A stretch of DNA of 64,000 nt from Patescibacteria group bacterium (GCA_038065495.1 JBBTQW010000002.1:81321-145320), one strand, 5' to 3'. Counted from the first letter of the stretch, positions 9,423 to 19,179 are shown. A program made the numbers and translations. The notes: generated by a model from the letters alone, not told the origin.

Positions 9423-9989
9423 ATGAGTAAAAAGATTGATTACTACGAGGATTTCCTGAGAGTTATAGGCGAGCGAGATAGGATTATAAGAGAAAATAAA
9501 AACAAACAACTAGTTTTTAGTTTAATAGCTTCGATTATCTCAATTCTAGCTCTTGCGTTTTTTTCGACTAGCTCTGGTGTATCTCTTTTCTTAAGCCCCG
9601 TATTTAAAAGCGAGGATCCCGCCACTCAGGAATTAGCAACAAAAGTAGACCGACTGCAAATCGATATTACCAACATTAAGAAATTATTTAACAACACCAA
9701 CGTTCCCTCTTTTAATTATCTAAATTCCAAACTCGTATCGATTGAACAAAAAAATGAGTACTTATACAACACCATCTTAGAAAACCCAGATAACGCCATT
9801 ACACCAATCATACTCAGAAAGGAGCAGAACAATTTAGACCAAAAAATTGAAGACTTAAGAAATCGTGTTGATACAACTAACAGTTGGCTTTTTGGAATAA
9901 TTGCGACTCTTGTCGTGGCAATAATTCTATTTCTTGGAAAACAAATTTTGACGTATTTTTCTAAGGAAAAAAACTCTATCAGAGAGTAG
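9423..9989 (+). CDS. hypothetical membrane-anchored coiled-coil protein (188 aa), AT-rich
   Basis: One TM helix (LVFSLIASIISILALAFF); sits 4 nt after the previous ORF, suggesting an operon. Confidence 0.4.
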   Translation: MSKKIDYYEDFLRVIGERDRIIRENKNKQLVFSLIASIISILALAFFSTSSGVSLFLSPVFKSEDPATQELATKVDRLQIDITNIKKLFNNTNVPSFNYLNSKLVSIEQKNEYLYNTILENPDNAITPIILRKEQNNLDQKIEDLRNRVDTTNSWLFGIIATLVVAIILFLGKQILTYFSKEKNSIRE

Positions 9990-10008
9990 TCCCAGAATAT
10001 TCAGTTTT

Positions 10009-10080
10009 GTGACCCTACAGGGAGTCGAACCCTGCTTCTAGCCTTGAGAAGGCTATGTCCTAGCCGATAGACGATAGGGC
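10009..10080 (-). tRNA. tRNA-Glu (anticodon CUC)
   Basis: Reverse complement folds as GGCCCTA/TAGGGTC acceptor, GTC/GAC D-stem, anticodon arm TAGCC-TTCTCAA-GGCTA, T-arm CAGGG-TTCGACT-CCCTG, discriminator A. CCA is not encoded. Confidence 0.8.
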
Positions 10081-10117
10081 CCCGATTTTGTTAAACGAAG
10101 TTTCTACAAAATCGAGG

Positions 10118-10154
10118 GTCCGCGATCCTCGACTTTAGTCGGGATCGGGACCAA
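10118..10154. repeat. left arm of a two-block inverted repeat flanking the GIY-YIG gene
   Basis: gcgatcctcga ... tcgggatcggga. Its reverse complement recurs at 10421-10458 (12/12 block plus a 9/11 block). Confidence 0.6.
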
Positions 10155-10166
10155 GTACCCATATTA

Positions 10167-10406
10167 TTACTTTTTTAGTAATCTTTCAATCGCCGCACGA
10201 CTTTTCCACTTTTTAATCTGGTATTCACGACCTTGAGCCAAAGATCTGTTTTGGTAGGTTTCCGAGTAAATAAGCTGACAAGGTAAATTATTTTTTGTTG
10301 ATTTTACTTTCCCATTCTGATGCTCAGTTAATCTTTGTTCTAAATTACCAGTGCTTCCAGTGTAATATGATCCATTACTCAGTTTTAGAATGTAAGTGGA
10401 ATACAT
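10167..10406 (-). CDS. GIY-YIG nuclease-domain protein (about 80 aa)
   Basis: MYSTYILKLSNGSYYTGSTGNLEQRLTEHQ is the GIY-YIG motif. Start chosen at the ATG with an AAGGAAAG RBS. Confidence 0.75.
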   Translation of the reverse strand: MYSTYILKLSNGSYYTGSTGNLEQRLTEHQNGKVKSTKNNLPCQLIYSETYQNRSLAQGREYQIKKWKSRAAIERLLKK

Positions 10407-10418
10407 TTTTATCTTTCC

Positions 10419-10460
10419 TTTCCCGATCCCGATTCTTCGAATCGTGGATCGAGGATCCAC
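10419..10460. repeat. right arm of the inverted repeat flanking GIY-YIG; also contains the local palindrome cgtggatcGAGgatccacg
   Basis: tcccgatcccga (reverse complement of tcgggatcggga) and ggatcgaggatcc. An adjacent second hairpin gacgttaa...ttaacgtc overlaps the murF stop codon. Confidence 0.6.
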
Positions 10461-10475
10461 GACGTTAATGTTTAA

Positions 10476-11765
10476 TTAACGTCGGGACCAGTTTTCGTCT
10501 TGCCTGACAAGTAATTTACTTTTCTCTTCTGGTTGCGCCATAATCTCCTCCACCACGCGCTCCATGCGCAGTGATTGCGAACCTTTTACGAGAATCACAT
10601 CAGCTGGCGCAATAAAGTTCTGCAGAAACTCGCCAGCCTGGCGCGAATCATCGAAGTGATAAACATTTTTCTTGCCCATTTTTTTCTTCATCGCTTCTTC
10701 CACGGCAAATTTCATCCGGAGTCCGACAGTCACCAACACGTCCGAGACGCGCGAAGCCAGAATCCCCACTTTCCGGTGCTCATCTATCGTATATTTGCCA
10801 AGTTCGAGCATATCACCCAACACTGCGATCTTCCGGCCAGTAATTTGCAAGCTGTTGAGAGTCTGGAGCGCCGCTTCTATTGCCGCCGGCGAAGCATTGT
10901 ACGTATCGTCAATAATTAGCGTTTCTTTAATTCCAGCTAGCAAGCGCATCCGGCCAGGCGGTGTGGTGAGGGTTTTGAGCGCTTCGCTCGCGCTCGCTAG
11001 ACTCATCCCCTGCGCCACGGCCGCGGCGGCAGCCGCAAGCAGCGCGTAGAGCTGGTGCTCTCCGAGCACGCCGTGGAGCTCAAACTTAACGCTCTCGCCG
11101 GCATAAGTAATCTGCACACTCAAGCCAACTGGCTGATTTTCATAAATAATTTGCACATCAGACGCCAGCAAATCAGAACCCGTTTGGAAGCCGTAGCTTA
11201 ACTTTCTCGCCTTCAAGCCATCAGCTAAATCGCGAATTTTTTCGTCGTCATGATTATAAATGACCAAACCCGATTCACTTACCGCTTGCGCGAGCAACCA
11301 CTTTTCTCGCGTCACCTCTTCGGCGGATTTAAAAAACTCCACATGCACTGGCACTTCCGGCAAACGGGTAATCACAGCCACGTCCAGCTTGAGCCAGCTC
11401 ACCAAGCGCGCCACATCGCCCGGGTGCTGAATGCCCACTTCTAACACCAATAATTCCGGATAATTAGTTCTAAACAGAATTAAACCCAAACCTTCGATAA
11501 TATTCTTCAACCACAAAACTAGATTCCACCAAGCGTTATCGCAATTTAAGATAGTGAGCGGCAAACCAATCTCGTGATTAAAGCTCTTCTGACTCGCTCT
11601 CAATCTAAATTTACCAGAGAGGACAGTCGCAATCGCATCTTTTGTACCCGTCTTGCCCACACTGCCAGTGATGGCAATGATTTTGGGCTGGTACTTTTTT
11701 AAGACCAATCTCGCCTCCCAGCGGAGAATCGTCGTGATGAGAAATCTAGCGGTCTGGCGGAACAT
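10476..11765 (-). CDS. murF: UDP-N-acetylmuramoyl-tripeptide--D-alanyl-D-alanine ligase
   Basis: KIIAITGSVGKTGTKD P-loop and Mur ligase middle and C domains; sits in the dcw cluster. Confidence 0.85.
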   Translation of the reverse strand: MFRQTARFLITTILRWEARLVLKKYQPKIIAITGSVGKTGTKDAIATVLSGKFRLRASQKSFNHEIGLPLTILNCDNAWWNLVLWLKNIIEGLGLILFRTNYPELLVLEVGIQHPGDVARLVSWLKLDVAVITRLPEVPVHVEFFKSAEEVTREKWLLAQAVSESGLVIYNHDDEKIRDLADGLKARKLSYGFQTGSDLLASDVQIIYENQPVGLSVQITYAGESVKFELHGVLGEHQLYALLAAAAAAVAQGMSLASASEALKTLTTPPGRMRLLAGIKETLIIDDTYNASPAAIEAALQTLNSLQITGRKIAVLGDMLELGKYTIDEHRKVGILASRVSDVLVTVGLRMKFAVEEAMKKKMGKKNVYHFDDSRQAGEFLQNFIAPADVILVKGSQSLRMERVVEEIMAQPEEKSKLLVRQDENWSRR

Positions 11766-13464
11766 TGTAGTAGTTTAGCAAAAATTTCGTGAGCTTCATA
11801 AAGGGCTCGGTGAGCGTGGCCGAGGCGTAAGGCGCGCCTTGCGGATGGAGTTGGTAGAGAAAAACGAGAAATCTAGGATTAGAAGCCGGGAAATAGCCAA
11901 AGAATGAGTGGAGAAAATAATCTGGATCATAGCTATTTGCCCCCGGACGAACCTGTTGGGCTGTTCCCGTCTTGGCCGCCACGCTGTAGCGTTCGTTCTT
12001 GTGCTGACCACCAAGTAGCGCTGTATCTACAACAGTCACGAGCATTTGAGTAATAGTTTTGCTAGTTTCAGGTTTAAGCACTTGCCGGATTATTTCTGGC
12101 TTGATGACTTGTGTGAGTTTAGAATTATTGCGGCTGATCTCGGTGACCACATGCGGCTTCACCAGCACACCGCCATTACCGAGCACGGCGAGCGCTCGAG
12201 CCATCGTAATGGGCGTAACGGCCAAACCTTGGCCGAAAGCAGCCGTAGCGTACTCAATATCTCGCGTGCTATTTAAATTAGTAATCAAATTATTAACTTC
12301 GCCGGGCAGATCTATGTTAGTTTTCTCAGCCAAGCCATACTTGAACATATACTCACTAAACTTGATGCGGCCAAGCTTTTGCATCGCAAACACCGCGCCG
12401 GTATTAAGCGACTGATTAAGCACTTCTTGCATCGAGACTGTTCCCCTGCTTTTGAAATCAAAGTTGTTGATCGTTTTGTTGTTCAGCATCAGCGTGCCAG
12501 CGTCAAAATATGTCGTGCTGGGTTTAACCACGCCCGCGTCCAGCGCCGCCGCCATGGTGAGGGGTTTAAAGATTGAGCCCATCTCGTAAACTCTCTCTAC
12601 CAGTGGATTGGCGAGAATATTGAGATTATCTTTTTTACCACCAGGGTCAAAGTCTGGTAATGCCGCCATGGCGAGCACAGCGCCCGTGTGCGGGTCCAGA
12701 ATAATCCCACCGACCGTCTCCGACTGCCATTTGCTCTTGATCAGCGCCAGTTCTTGCTCCAGAGTTTCTTGCACTGTTGACTCAATACTCGTCACAATAT
12801 CCGCCTCGCTGGTATTGACCGCCTTGCCCCAGAGCGATCCGCCAAAATCAGATAAGACTTCTGACAAAAAGCTGACAAAAGTTTTATCTGATTCACGTTT
12901 TAGCAGACTCTCATACTGCTTTTCCAAACCATAACTGCCCACACCTTCGTAATTTAAGAAGCCCAGGGCATGTGCTGCCGTAGCACCAGCGGGATAAAAC
13001 CGCCAGCGTGTTTTGTACAAGTTTACACCTGATAATTTTAGACTTTTTATTTTGTCAGCTGTGGCTTGATCTAATCTCGTCGCAATTTCCTCATACGGAT
13101 CAGTGCTCTTGCTGGCTTTGGCGATGAAACTCTCGTGATCTAGTTCTGGCAAGATATTAACTAGCTTGCTGTAAATATTTTCTAAATCTGGACTCGCGCT
13201 AGAAATTAGCGTGGGATTAAGCGCGAGGATAAAACCGTCACGCATAGTGGCGGCAGAAACAAGTTGCGCATTTTGTTGCTTAAAGAAAATTGTACCACGA
13301 TCACTAAGTTGCCCCGCCGGACGCTGATATTGCCTATCAGCTTTATCAGCATAAAAGTTATTCTTGATTAGTTGCAAAAAAAAGAGCCGGCTCACTAGAA
13401 CCAGAATCATAATGAAAATTATCAGCGACAAGAGCCGTACTCGACCAGTAAAATTAACAGACAT
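11746..13464 (-). CDS. ftsI: peptidoglycan D,D-transpeptidase FtsI (class B PBP)
   Basis: N-terminal TM helix, SxxK (SIFKP), SxN and KTGTA motifs; dcw cluster position. Confidence 0.85.
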   Translation of the reverse strand: MSVNFTGRVRLLSLIIFIMILVLVSRLFFLQLIKNNFYADKADRQYQRPAGQLSDRGTIFFKQQNAQLVSAATMRDGFILALNPTLISSASPDLENIYSKLVNILPELDHESFIAKASKSTDPYEEIATRLDQATADKIKSLKLSGVNLYKTRWRFYPAGATAAHALGFLNYEGVGSYGLEKQYESLLKRESDKTFVSFLSEVLSDFGGSLWGKAVNTSEADIVTSIESTVQETLEQELALIKSKWQSETVGGIILDPHTGAVLAMAALPDFDPGGKKDNLNILANPLVERVYEMGSIFKPLTMAAALDAGVVKPSTTYFDAGTLMLNNKTINNFDFKSRGTVSMQEVLNQSLNTGAVFAMQKLGRIKFSEYMFKYGLAEKTNIDLPGEVNNLITNLNSTRDIEYATAAFGQGLAVTPITMARALAVLGNGGVLVKPHVVTEISRNNSKLTQVIKPEIIRQVLKPETSKTITQMLVTVVDTALLGGQHKNERYSVAAKTGTAQQVRPGANSYDPDYFLHSFFGYFPASNPRFLVFLYQLHPQGAPYASATLTEPFMKLTKFLLNYYNVPPDR

Positions 13465-13496
13465 GGCTCCAGATTAGCAAATTACTCTAGCGCAGA

Positions 13497-13826
13497 CTAG
13501 GGTAACGCAACTTTCGTGTTCAATGCCACCACACCACCAGCGAGTGGCCGGGCGAAAATGACGCTCCCAGCAGCATCGTGGAAGCCGAGCGCATAAGCTC
13601 TGTCGAGCGTTACGCCACCAGATAGAGCCAAATATTCTGTTTCTAATGAGACAACGGCGCTCTGGCGTGTGGCCAAGTCGTCCAGCGCGCGCTGACGGCC
13701 CACGAGGTTGAAGACTACGCTATTGACGAGGCAAATATAGAGCACAAAGAGGGCTACCACGCCGCTGGCGAGTTGCTTAAAGAGTCGCTCTTGTTGATAA
13801 ATTTTATTAATATTTCCCGCTGTCAT
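13497..13826 (-). CDS. ftsL: cell division protein FtsL-like
   Basis: 109-aa single-TM protein between rsmH and ftsI. Confidence 0.6.
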   Translation of the reverse strand: MTAGNINKIYQQERLFKQLASGVVALFVLYICLVNSVVFNLVGRQRALDDLATRQSAVVSLETEYLALSGGVTLDRAYALGFHDAAGSVIFARPLAGGVVALNTKVALP

Positions 13827-13830
13827 CTTT

Positions 13831-14733
13831 TTATATTTTTTTAATAATCCTTAATTGCGCACTGCGTGATCTGGGATTTTGTAATGTTTCAGCTCTAGCT
13901 GGTTTAACTGCATGTTTAGTGAGAATCTCGCCACTATTTTCCTCTGCTTTAGCTTTGTAGAAGTCTTTGACAATCTTGGCCTCCAAACTGTGGAAACTGA
14001 TCACGGCCAATCGGCCGTTCTTCTCGTCTAGCTTTTGCCACACTGCATCTAATCCAGCTTTCAGCGCGCCCAGTTCGTCGTTTACAACAATCCGCAAAGC
14101 TTGGAAAGTTTTAGTCGCAAAGTGTAACTTTCTCGCCTTACTCCGGTACCAAGCTGGTACGGCATTCCTGATTATTTCCAGCAAGTCAGCCACTGTTTCG
14201 ATTTTTTTATTTTGCCTCTGCGCTACAATTTCTCTGGCAATTCTTTTAGCAAAGCGTTCTTCGCCATAAGCGTAGATCACGTCAGATAAAGTCTCTTCTC
14301 GCCAGTGATTCACAACCTCACTAGCCGTTAATTCAGGATTTTCACTAAAGCTCATCAGCAATTTCTCGTCTAATTTCTGAAACGAGAATCCCCGGCCCGA
14401 TTCTTCCAATTGCTGCGAACTCAAACCGAGATCAAATAACGCCGCATCTAACTTATTAATTCCCGCTTGTTCTAGTAATTCTGCTAAATTTCTAAAATTG
14501 CTATTTAACAAAATTATTTTTGCGCCGGTGTTTGCTTTTTCGAGATTAATTTTTGCTTCGGCAATAGCGTTCTTATCAGCATCAATGCCAACTACTGTTC
14601 CTGTTTTGCCAACTTGTTTCGCTAGTTCCACAGCATGTCCAGCGCGGTTTAGAGTAGCATCAAGTACTGTCTCACCAGCTTGAAGATTCAAACCTGTCAA
14701 AACTTCTTGTAAAAGAACTGGATCGTGTTTCAT
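13831..14733 (-). CDS. rsmH: 16S rRNA (cytosine1402-N4)-methyltransferase RsmH/MraW
   Basis: MKHDPVLLQEVL N-terminus and SAM-binding fold; follows mraZ. Confidence 0.9.
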   Translation of the reverse strand: MKHDPVLLQEVLTGLNLQAGETVLDATLNRAGHAVELAKQVGKTGTVVGIDADKNAIAEAKINLEKANTGAKIILLNSNFRNLAELLEQAGINKLDAALFDLGLSSQQLEESGRGFSFQKLDEKLLMSFSENPELTASEVVNHWREETLSDVIYAYGEERFAKRIAREIVAQRQNKKIETVADLLEIIRNAVPAWYRSKARKLHFATKTFQALRIVVNDELGALKAGLDAVWQKLDEKNGRLAVISFHSLEAKIVKDFYKAKAEENSGEILTKHAVKPARAETLQNPRSRSAQLRIIKKI

Positions 14734-14757
14734 CAGAATTAGTTTCAGAAAAACAGT

Positions 14758-15192
14758 TTAGAACACTCCAATCTCGCCTAACTTTTCTGCCAGGGCATCG
14801 GCTTGCTTCTCCACGTTCTGTTTGTAAGCTTGCCAACGCTCTTCGTCCCAGATTTCCAAGCGAGAGTGCACACCAGCGATCACCGTTTTGGTCTGCAAGC
14901 CCGCGAATTGCCGCAAGTAATCAGGCAAGAGGATGCGACCCATGCTATCCACTTCGCACTCCGCCGCGCCACCGAGCATAAACCGGTTGAAGCTTCTGGT
15001 ATCTGCTCGCAACATGGATAAGCTAGCCAGCTTTTCCGAGATCCTCTTCCACTCCTTGAGCGTGTAGACAAAGAGACAATTATCCAAGCCTGGCGTAATC
15101 ACCACCTGACGACCCACCTCCTTGCGCCATTTGGCGGGTATTGCCAGGCGCTTTTTGTCGTCAATCGTGTGTTTGTGTTCGCCAATCAGCAT
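14758..15192 (-). CDS. mraZ: transcriptional regulator MraZ
   Basis: MLIGEHKHTIDDKKRLAIPAKWR matches the duplicated MraZ motif. Start placed at the internal Met. Confidence 0.85.
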   Translation of the reverse strand: MLIGEHKHTIDDKKRLAIPAKWRKEVGRQVVITPGLDNCLFVYTLKEWKRISEKLASLSMLRADTRSFNRFMLGGAAECEVDSMGRILLPDYLRQFAGLQTKTVIAGVHSRLEIWDEERWQAYKQNVEKQADALAEKLGEIGVF

Positions 15193-15226
15193 ATTTCGAT
15201 TTCCCACTTCTCCCCACTTACCTACT

Positions 15227-15255
15227 ATTCTATCCCACCCATCACCATTTACCAA
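15227..15255 (-). promoter_or_regulatory. candidate sigma70 promoter of the dcw operon (TTGGTA-N17-TAGAAT on the minus strand)
   Basis: Hexamers read directly on the minus strand about 30 nt upstream of the mraZ start. Confidence 0.3.
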
Positions 15256-15295
15256 CCCGAGTTATCCACAGTTCCCCAGTACTGTTTTTTAGACA

Positions 15296-15325
15296 AGAAA
15301 AAACCACTACTCTAGTGGTTTTTCG
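15296..15325. terminator. bidirectional intrinsic terminator after the HlyD-like gene
   Basis: aaaaaccacta-ctc-tagtggttttt: 7-bp stem flanked by an A-run and a T-run. Confidence 0.6.
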
Positions 15326-15344
15326 AGAAATTATTTTAAAAATT

Positions 15345-16883
15345 TTACGGCAACACGATCTCGTCTCCCAAATTTAAGCCACTCACAATCTCCACTTGGC
15401 CGTCAGAAGCGCGCAAACCGGTCGTCACTTTTACTTCTTCATTTTCGCCATTAGCATTCTGACGCGTCACCATCGCCTCGGCACCAACAAACTTGATTGC
15501 TCGCGTGGGCACGGCCAGCACTTGCGCTCGCTGGCCAGTTACCAGCTCAATATTGGCCGTCATGCCGGAGCGGATTCGGGCGTCACTTTCGGCAAAAGTG
15601 AGAGTAATTTTGTAAGTCGGTACACCCTCCAAGATCGTCTCCGCCGGATCAATCGCGGTGACAGTGGCCTCAAACTTGGCCGCATCGCCGTAAGCGTCGA
15701 GTAGCACAGTCGCCTTGTCACTCAATTTCACTTTCGCAATATCAACTTCTGGCACATTAGCTTCCACAATCAGTTGACCATCAGTAATCAAGCCCACCAG
15801 CGCCGTGCCGGCGGTGGCAAATTCGCCCACGCGCGCTTCTTGTTTCGTTACAATGCCAGAGAACGGCGCGCGGATCGCGTAATCAGCGAGCTTGGCTTGC
15901 GCGTTTTGCAAACTATTTTTCTTCTCGTTCACCACTACCGCTTGCGACTCGAGGCTGAAATTATTAGTGCTACTGTTTAATCTCTCCTGACTAATCGTGC
16001 TGGTAATCGCTCCGAGCTCGGCCACGTAGCTATTGATCGTCTGCAATTGTGTGCCTAGCCGCGCCCATTGCTCGGCGACTAGATCTGCCTGTAGCGATGT
16101 CCAATCGCCAGAAACTGATTTATCGTGGAAATATTGCACGAGATCTCGTCCCAATTTGATCAACTCACTCAACTGCTTGAGCACTTGGTGAGTATCAGTG
16201 ATTATTTTTTCGTCTAGAACAGTGTCGGTGACATTAGCCTGATCGCGTTGCTGATAAAGCGCAAACAACTTAGCGTAATTATTTTTTAGAATATTATATT
16301 GTTGCTTGGCCGTGCTTGGCACCGAGCGAAATTTGGTCTCATAACTGCTAACCACCGTGGCGTAATAAGTGAGATTATCACCGCCGATGGTAGAACTAGT
16401 GAAGTCGCTATCGAAAAAAGTGTGATTGACCGAATCCAGAATATCGCCCGCCTCGCCAAAGACGCGCACCAGCACGCTCAAGCCATCCTGCCGCGCTTTG
16501 TCTAGTTTGTTGGTGACGAACTGACCAGTGCTGGGGTGCTCCAGCTTAGCAAGATCAACTTGCGCTGTCTCCAGTGCTGCCTGGGCGTCATTGACCGCCT
16601 GGACGGCGTCGCGGCTATCTAGCCGCGCCAGCACGCTGCCAGCTGGCACTTGCTCGCCCACCGCGCGCTCAACAGCCACAATAAAACCGCTTTGCTTAAA
16701 CGCGAGATCAGCTTTTTGGTTCGCCTTCACTTTGCCAATCACGCTCACGCGCTCTAATAAATCAGTTTTGGCAACTGTAAAAGCGCCAGCATCGCTGTTA
16801 GTATTGCGAGTGAAGAAAAAAATTGCCAGTAAAATAATTACAACAACAGCAATCCCCGTCCAGAGTAATTTTTTATTTTTCAT
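15345..16883 (-). CDS. HlyD/membrane-fusion-family periplasmic adaptor protein
   Basis: N-terminal TM helix, long coiled-coil, beta-barrel/lipoyl-like C-terminal region typical of efflux or type I secretion adaptors. Confidence 0.65.
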   Translation of the reverse strand: MKNKKLLWTGIAVVVIILLAIFFFTRNTNSDAGAFTVAKTDLLERVSVIGKVKANQKADLAFKQSGFIVAVERAVGEQVPAGSVLARLDSRDAVQAVNDAQAALETAQVDLAKLEHPSTGQFVTNKLDKARQDGLSVLVRVFGEAGDILDSVNHTFFDSDFTSSTIGGDNLTYYATVVSSYETKFRSVPSTAKQQYNILKNNYAKLFALYQQRDQANVTDTVLDEKIITDTHQVLKQLSELIKLGRDLVQYFHDKSVSGDWTSLQADLVAEQWARLGTQLQTINSYVAELGAITSTISQERLNSSTNNFSLESQAVVVNEKKNSLQNAQAKLADYAIRAPFSGIVTKQEARVGEFATAGTALVGLITDGQLIVEANVPEVDIAKVKLSDKATVLLDAYGDAAKFEATVTAIDPAETILEGVPTYKITLTFAESDARIRSGMTANIELVTGQRAQVLAVPTRAIKFVGAEAMVTRQNANGENEEVKVTTGLRASDGQVEIVSGLNLGDEIVLP

Positions 16884-18348
16884 TTTTTGGTTTTAGCGTG
16901 GGGAAGAAAATTACTTCTTTGATATTACTCGTGTCAGTAAAAAGCATTGCGAGACGATCAATACCGATGCCAATGCCACCATTAGGCGGCATTCCGTATT
17001 CCATGGCCTCAAGATAATCCTGATCGCTTGGCGAAATTTCACCTTCACCGCCTTCTCTTTTTTGATCTTGCTCGCGATAACGTTCTGCCTGCTCCACGGG
17101 GTCGTTTAATTCGCTAAAGGCATTGACCATTTCTAGACCCACGATAACTAACTGGAAACGGTCAATAAAACGCGGGTCATCTGCTTTGCGCTTAGCAAAT
17201 GGATTGAACCCCACGGGGTAGTCAATGATAAATGTCGGCTGGAGAAGCTTTGGTCGGCAAACTTTTTTGTAAATATTGTCCATAATTTTCTCTGTCGCTT
17301 CGCTCGGTTCCACCGCCACGCCAAGCTGGGATGCCTTCAATTCAAGCTCGCGACGAGTTGCATTGGCCGGATCAGGGATCAGCGCGTAACGTTTGAGCAG
17401 GTCAAAAAAGCCAACAACACTAAATTTTGGAGCAAAATTAATTTTCTCATTGTTGTACTCTAGAGTGTCTGTGCCAAAAATTGCTTTTACCAAATACTTG
17501 AATAGCTTTTCCACAAACTCACGCTGACTGGTCGCGTCGGCATAAGCCTCTTGCGACTCCAACATCGTAAACTCCGGATTGTGTGTGGTATCAATACCTT
17601 CGTTGCGAAAGATCCGGCCAATCTCATAGACTCGATTGAGACCTCCCACCAACAGCTTTTTGAGATAAAGCTCTTGAGCAATCCGCAGATTAAAGTCCGT
17701 GTCGAGAGCTTCGTGATGGGTCACAAAAGGCCGGGCCGTGGCTCCACCAGCCAGAGCTTGGAGAATTGGTGTTTCTACTTCCAAATACCCGTGTTGATTA
17801 AAAAATTTCCTGATCGCAGTAATTAGCCGCGATCGTGTTTCCAATTTGGTTCTAACTGGAGGCGACATCATTATATCCAGATAACGCCGCCGGAATCGCT
17901 CTTCCACATCTTGCAAACCGTGCCATTTATCCGGCAAGGGTCGCAAACTCTTGCCGAGTAGACGCCAAGTTTTTACGGCTAAACTCTTCTCTTCTCTTTT
18001 TGTGATAAACAAACTGCCGCTGGCTTCGATAAAATCGCCAACATCTATAACGTCACGAAAAAGTTCAAATAATTTTGCGTCCATTTCGTCACTTTTCGCC
18101 ACTAACTGCAATTTTTCCGTGCCGTCATCTAAATCGAGAAATAAAATAGAACCTTGACCACGGATTGCCCGTACGCGCCCGGCCACTGTCAGCGCTTTTT
18201 TGCGTTTGCTAAGTTTTGTAAAATCAGATAAAACCTGCGTGAGAGAAAAATCTTGCTGTGCGCTCACCGGATAAGCCTCGGCGCCATGCTCGCGCCAGAG
18301 CGCTAATTTGCGCAAACGCTCGGTCCGCAATTCTGCTAGCGATGCCAT
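16873..18348 (-). CDS. lysS: lysyl-tRNA synthetase (class II)
   Basis: OB-fold N-domain; class II motifs FRNEGIDTTHNPEFTMLE and GIGIDRLAMLF. Confidence 0.9.
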   Translation of the reverse strand: MASLAELRTERLRKLALWREHGAEAYPVSAQQDFSLTQVLSDFTKLSKRKKALTVAGRVRAIRGQGSILFLDLDDGTEKLQLVAKSDEMDAKLFELFRDVIDVGDFIEASGSLFITKREEKSLAVKTWRLLGKSLRPLPDKWHGLQDVEERFRRRYLDIMMSPPVRTKLETRSRLITAIRKFFNQHGYLEVETPILQALAGGATARPFVTHHEALDTDFNLRIAQELYLKKLLVGGLNRVYEIGRIFRNEGIDTTHNPEFTMLESQEAYADATSQREFVEKLFKYLVKAIFGTDTLEYNNEKINFAPKFSVVGFFDLLKRYALIPDPANATRRELELKASQLGVAVEPSEATEKIMDNIYKKVCRPKLLQPTFIIDYPVGFNPFAKRKADDPRFIDRFQLVIVGLEMVNAFSELNDPVEQAERYREQDQKREGGEGEISPSDQDYLEAMEYGMPPNGGIGIGIDRLAMLFTDTSNIKEVIFFPTLKPKNEK

Positions 18349-18369
18349 TTTGTTTTTAAAAAAATTAAA

Positions 18370-18837
18370 CTAGTCTATGCTAACCACTTTGTAACTCACT
18401 TTGCCTTTTGGTGTCTGCACCAGCGCTTCTTCCCCCTTTTTCTTGCCCAGCAGAGCCAAACCCAGCGGCGACTGGCCGGAAATCTTGCCGCTCGCCACGT
18501 CTGCCTCCTCCGAGCCCACAATCGTCAGTTTACTCTTCTTGCTGTCACTCTGCTTTTCTACCGTCAGAGTTGAGCCAATTTCCACCTCTGCACTGTGGTG
18601 TAGCGCCATGATCTGGGAAGTCTTGAGCAAATTCTCCAGCTGGCTAATCCGATCCTCAATTTCCGCCTGTTCTTCACGCGCCGCGTGATACTCTGCATTT
18701 TCTGATAAATCGCCCAGAGACTTGGCAAACTCCAACCGTTCTGCCACCTCCTTGCGCCGCGTCATCTTGAGCTCGCTTAGTTCGGCTTCCAGCTCCGCAA
18801 ATTTCTCTTTACTCAAGTAGTCTGTATTCATAGGCAT
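18370..18837 (-). CDS. greA: transcription elongation factor GreA
   Basis: Coiled-coil N-domain (LGDLSENAEYHAAREEQ) and FKBP-like C-domain. Start placed at the internal Met. Confidence 0.8.
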   Translation of the reverse strand: MPMNTDYLSKEKFAELEAELSELKMTRRKEVAERLEFAKSLGDLSENAEYHAAREEQAEIEDRISQLENLLKTSQIMALHHSAEVEIGSTLTVEKQSDSKKSKLTIVGSEEADVASGKISGQSPLGLALLGKKKGEEALVQTPKGKVSYKVVSID

Positions 18838-18954
18838 GTTATTGGTTATAAACAGTCCGACTATTCTAAACCAAAAAGCTTTTTTAAGCAAGAAAAAAGC
18901 CTCGTGCTCGCCTATTTAGATAGACGAACCGAGGCTCTGGATCAAGATTTCACG

Positions 18955-19179
18955 CTACTTCTGCCCAGCTCGCGACTCAGCTTCGGCAATGGATTCTGCC
19001 CGATTCCGCCAAAGAAACCGAGTACGATTCAAATCACTAACACGAGTGACGTGACCAGGGCAATCCTCATTACCACACAGTGGCCCCGCCAGCATATCTC
19101 CCTCGTTCTCTCGTATTTGCGATCCATCCCATAAAGCCCAACAATTATCGCACTCATAAGTACCAATGTACGCCGACAT
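18955..19179 (-). CDS. small Cys-rich (zinc-ribbon-like) hypothetical protein, 74 aa
   Basis: CDNC ... CGNEDC cysteine pairs; ORF only, no known family recognised. Confidence 0.35.
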   Translation of the reverse strand: MSAYIGTYECDNCWALWDGSQIRENEGDMLAGPLCGNEDCPGHVTRVSDLNRTRFLWRNRAESIAEAESRAGQK

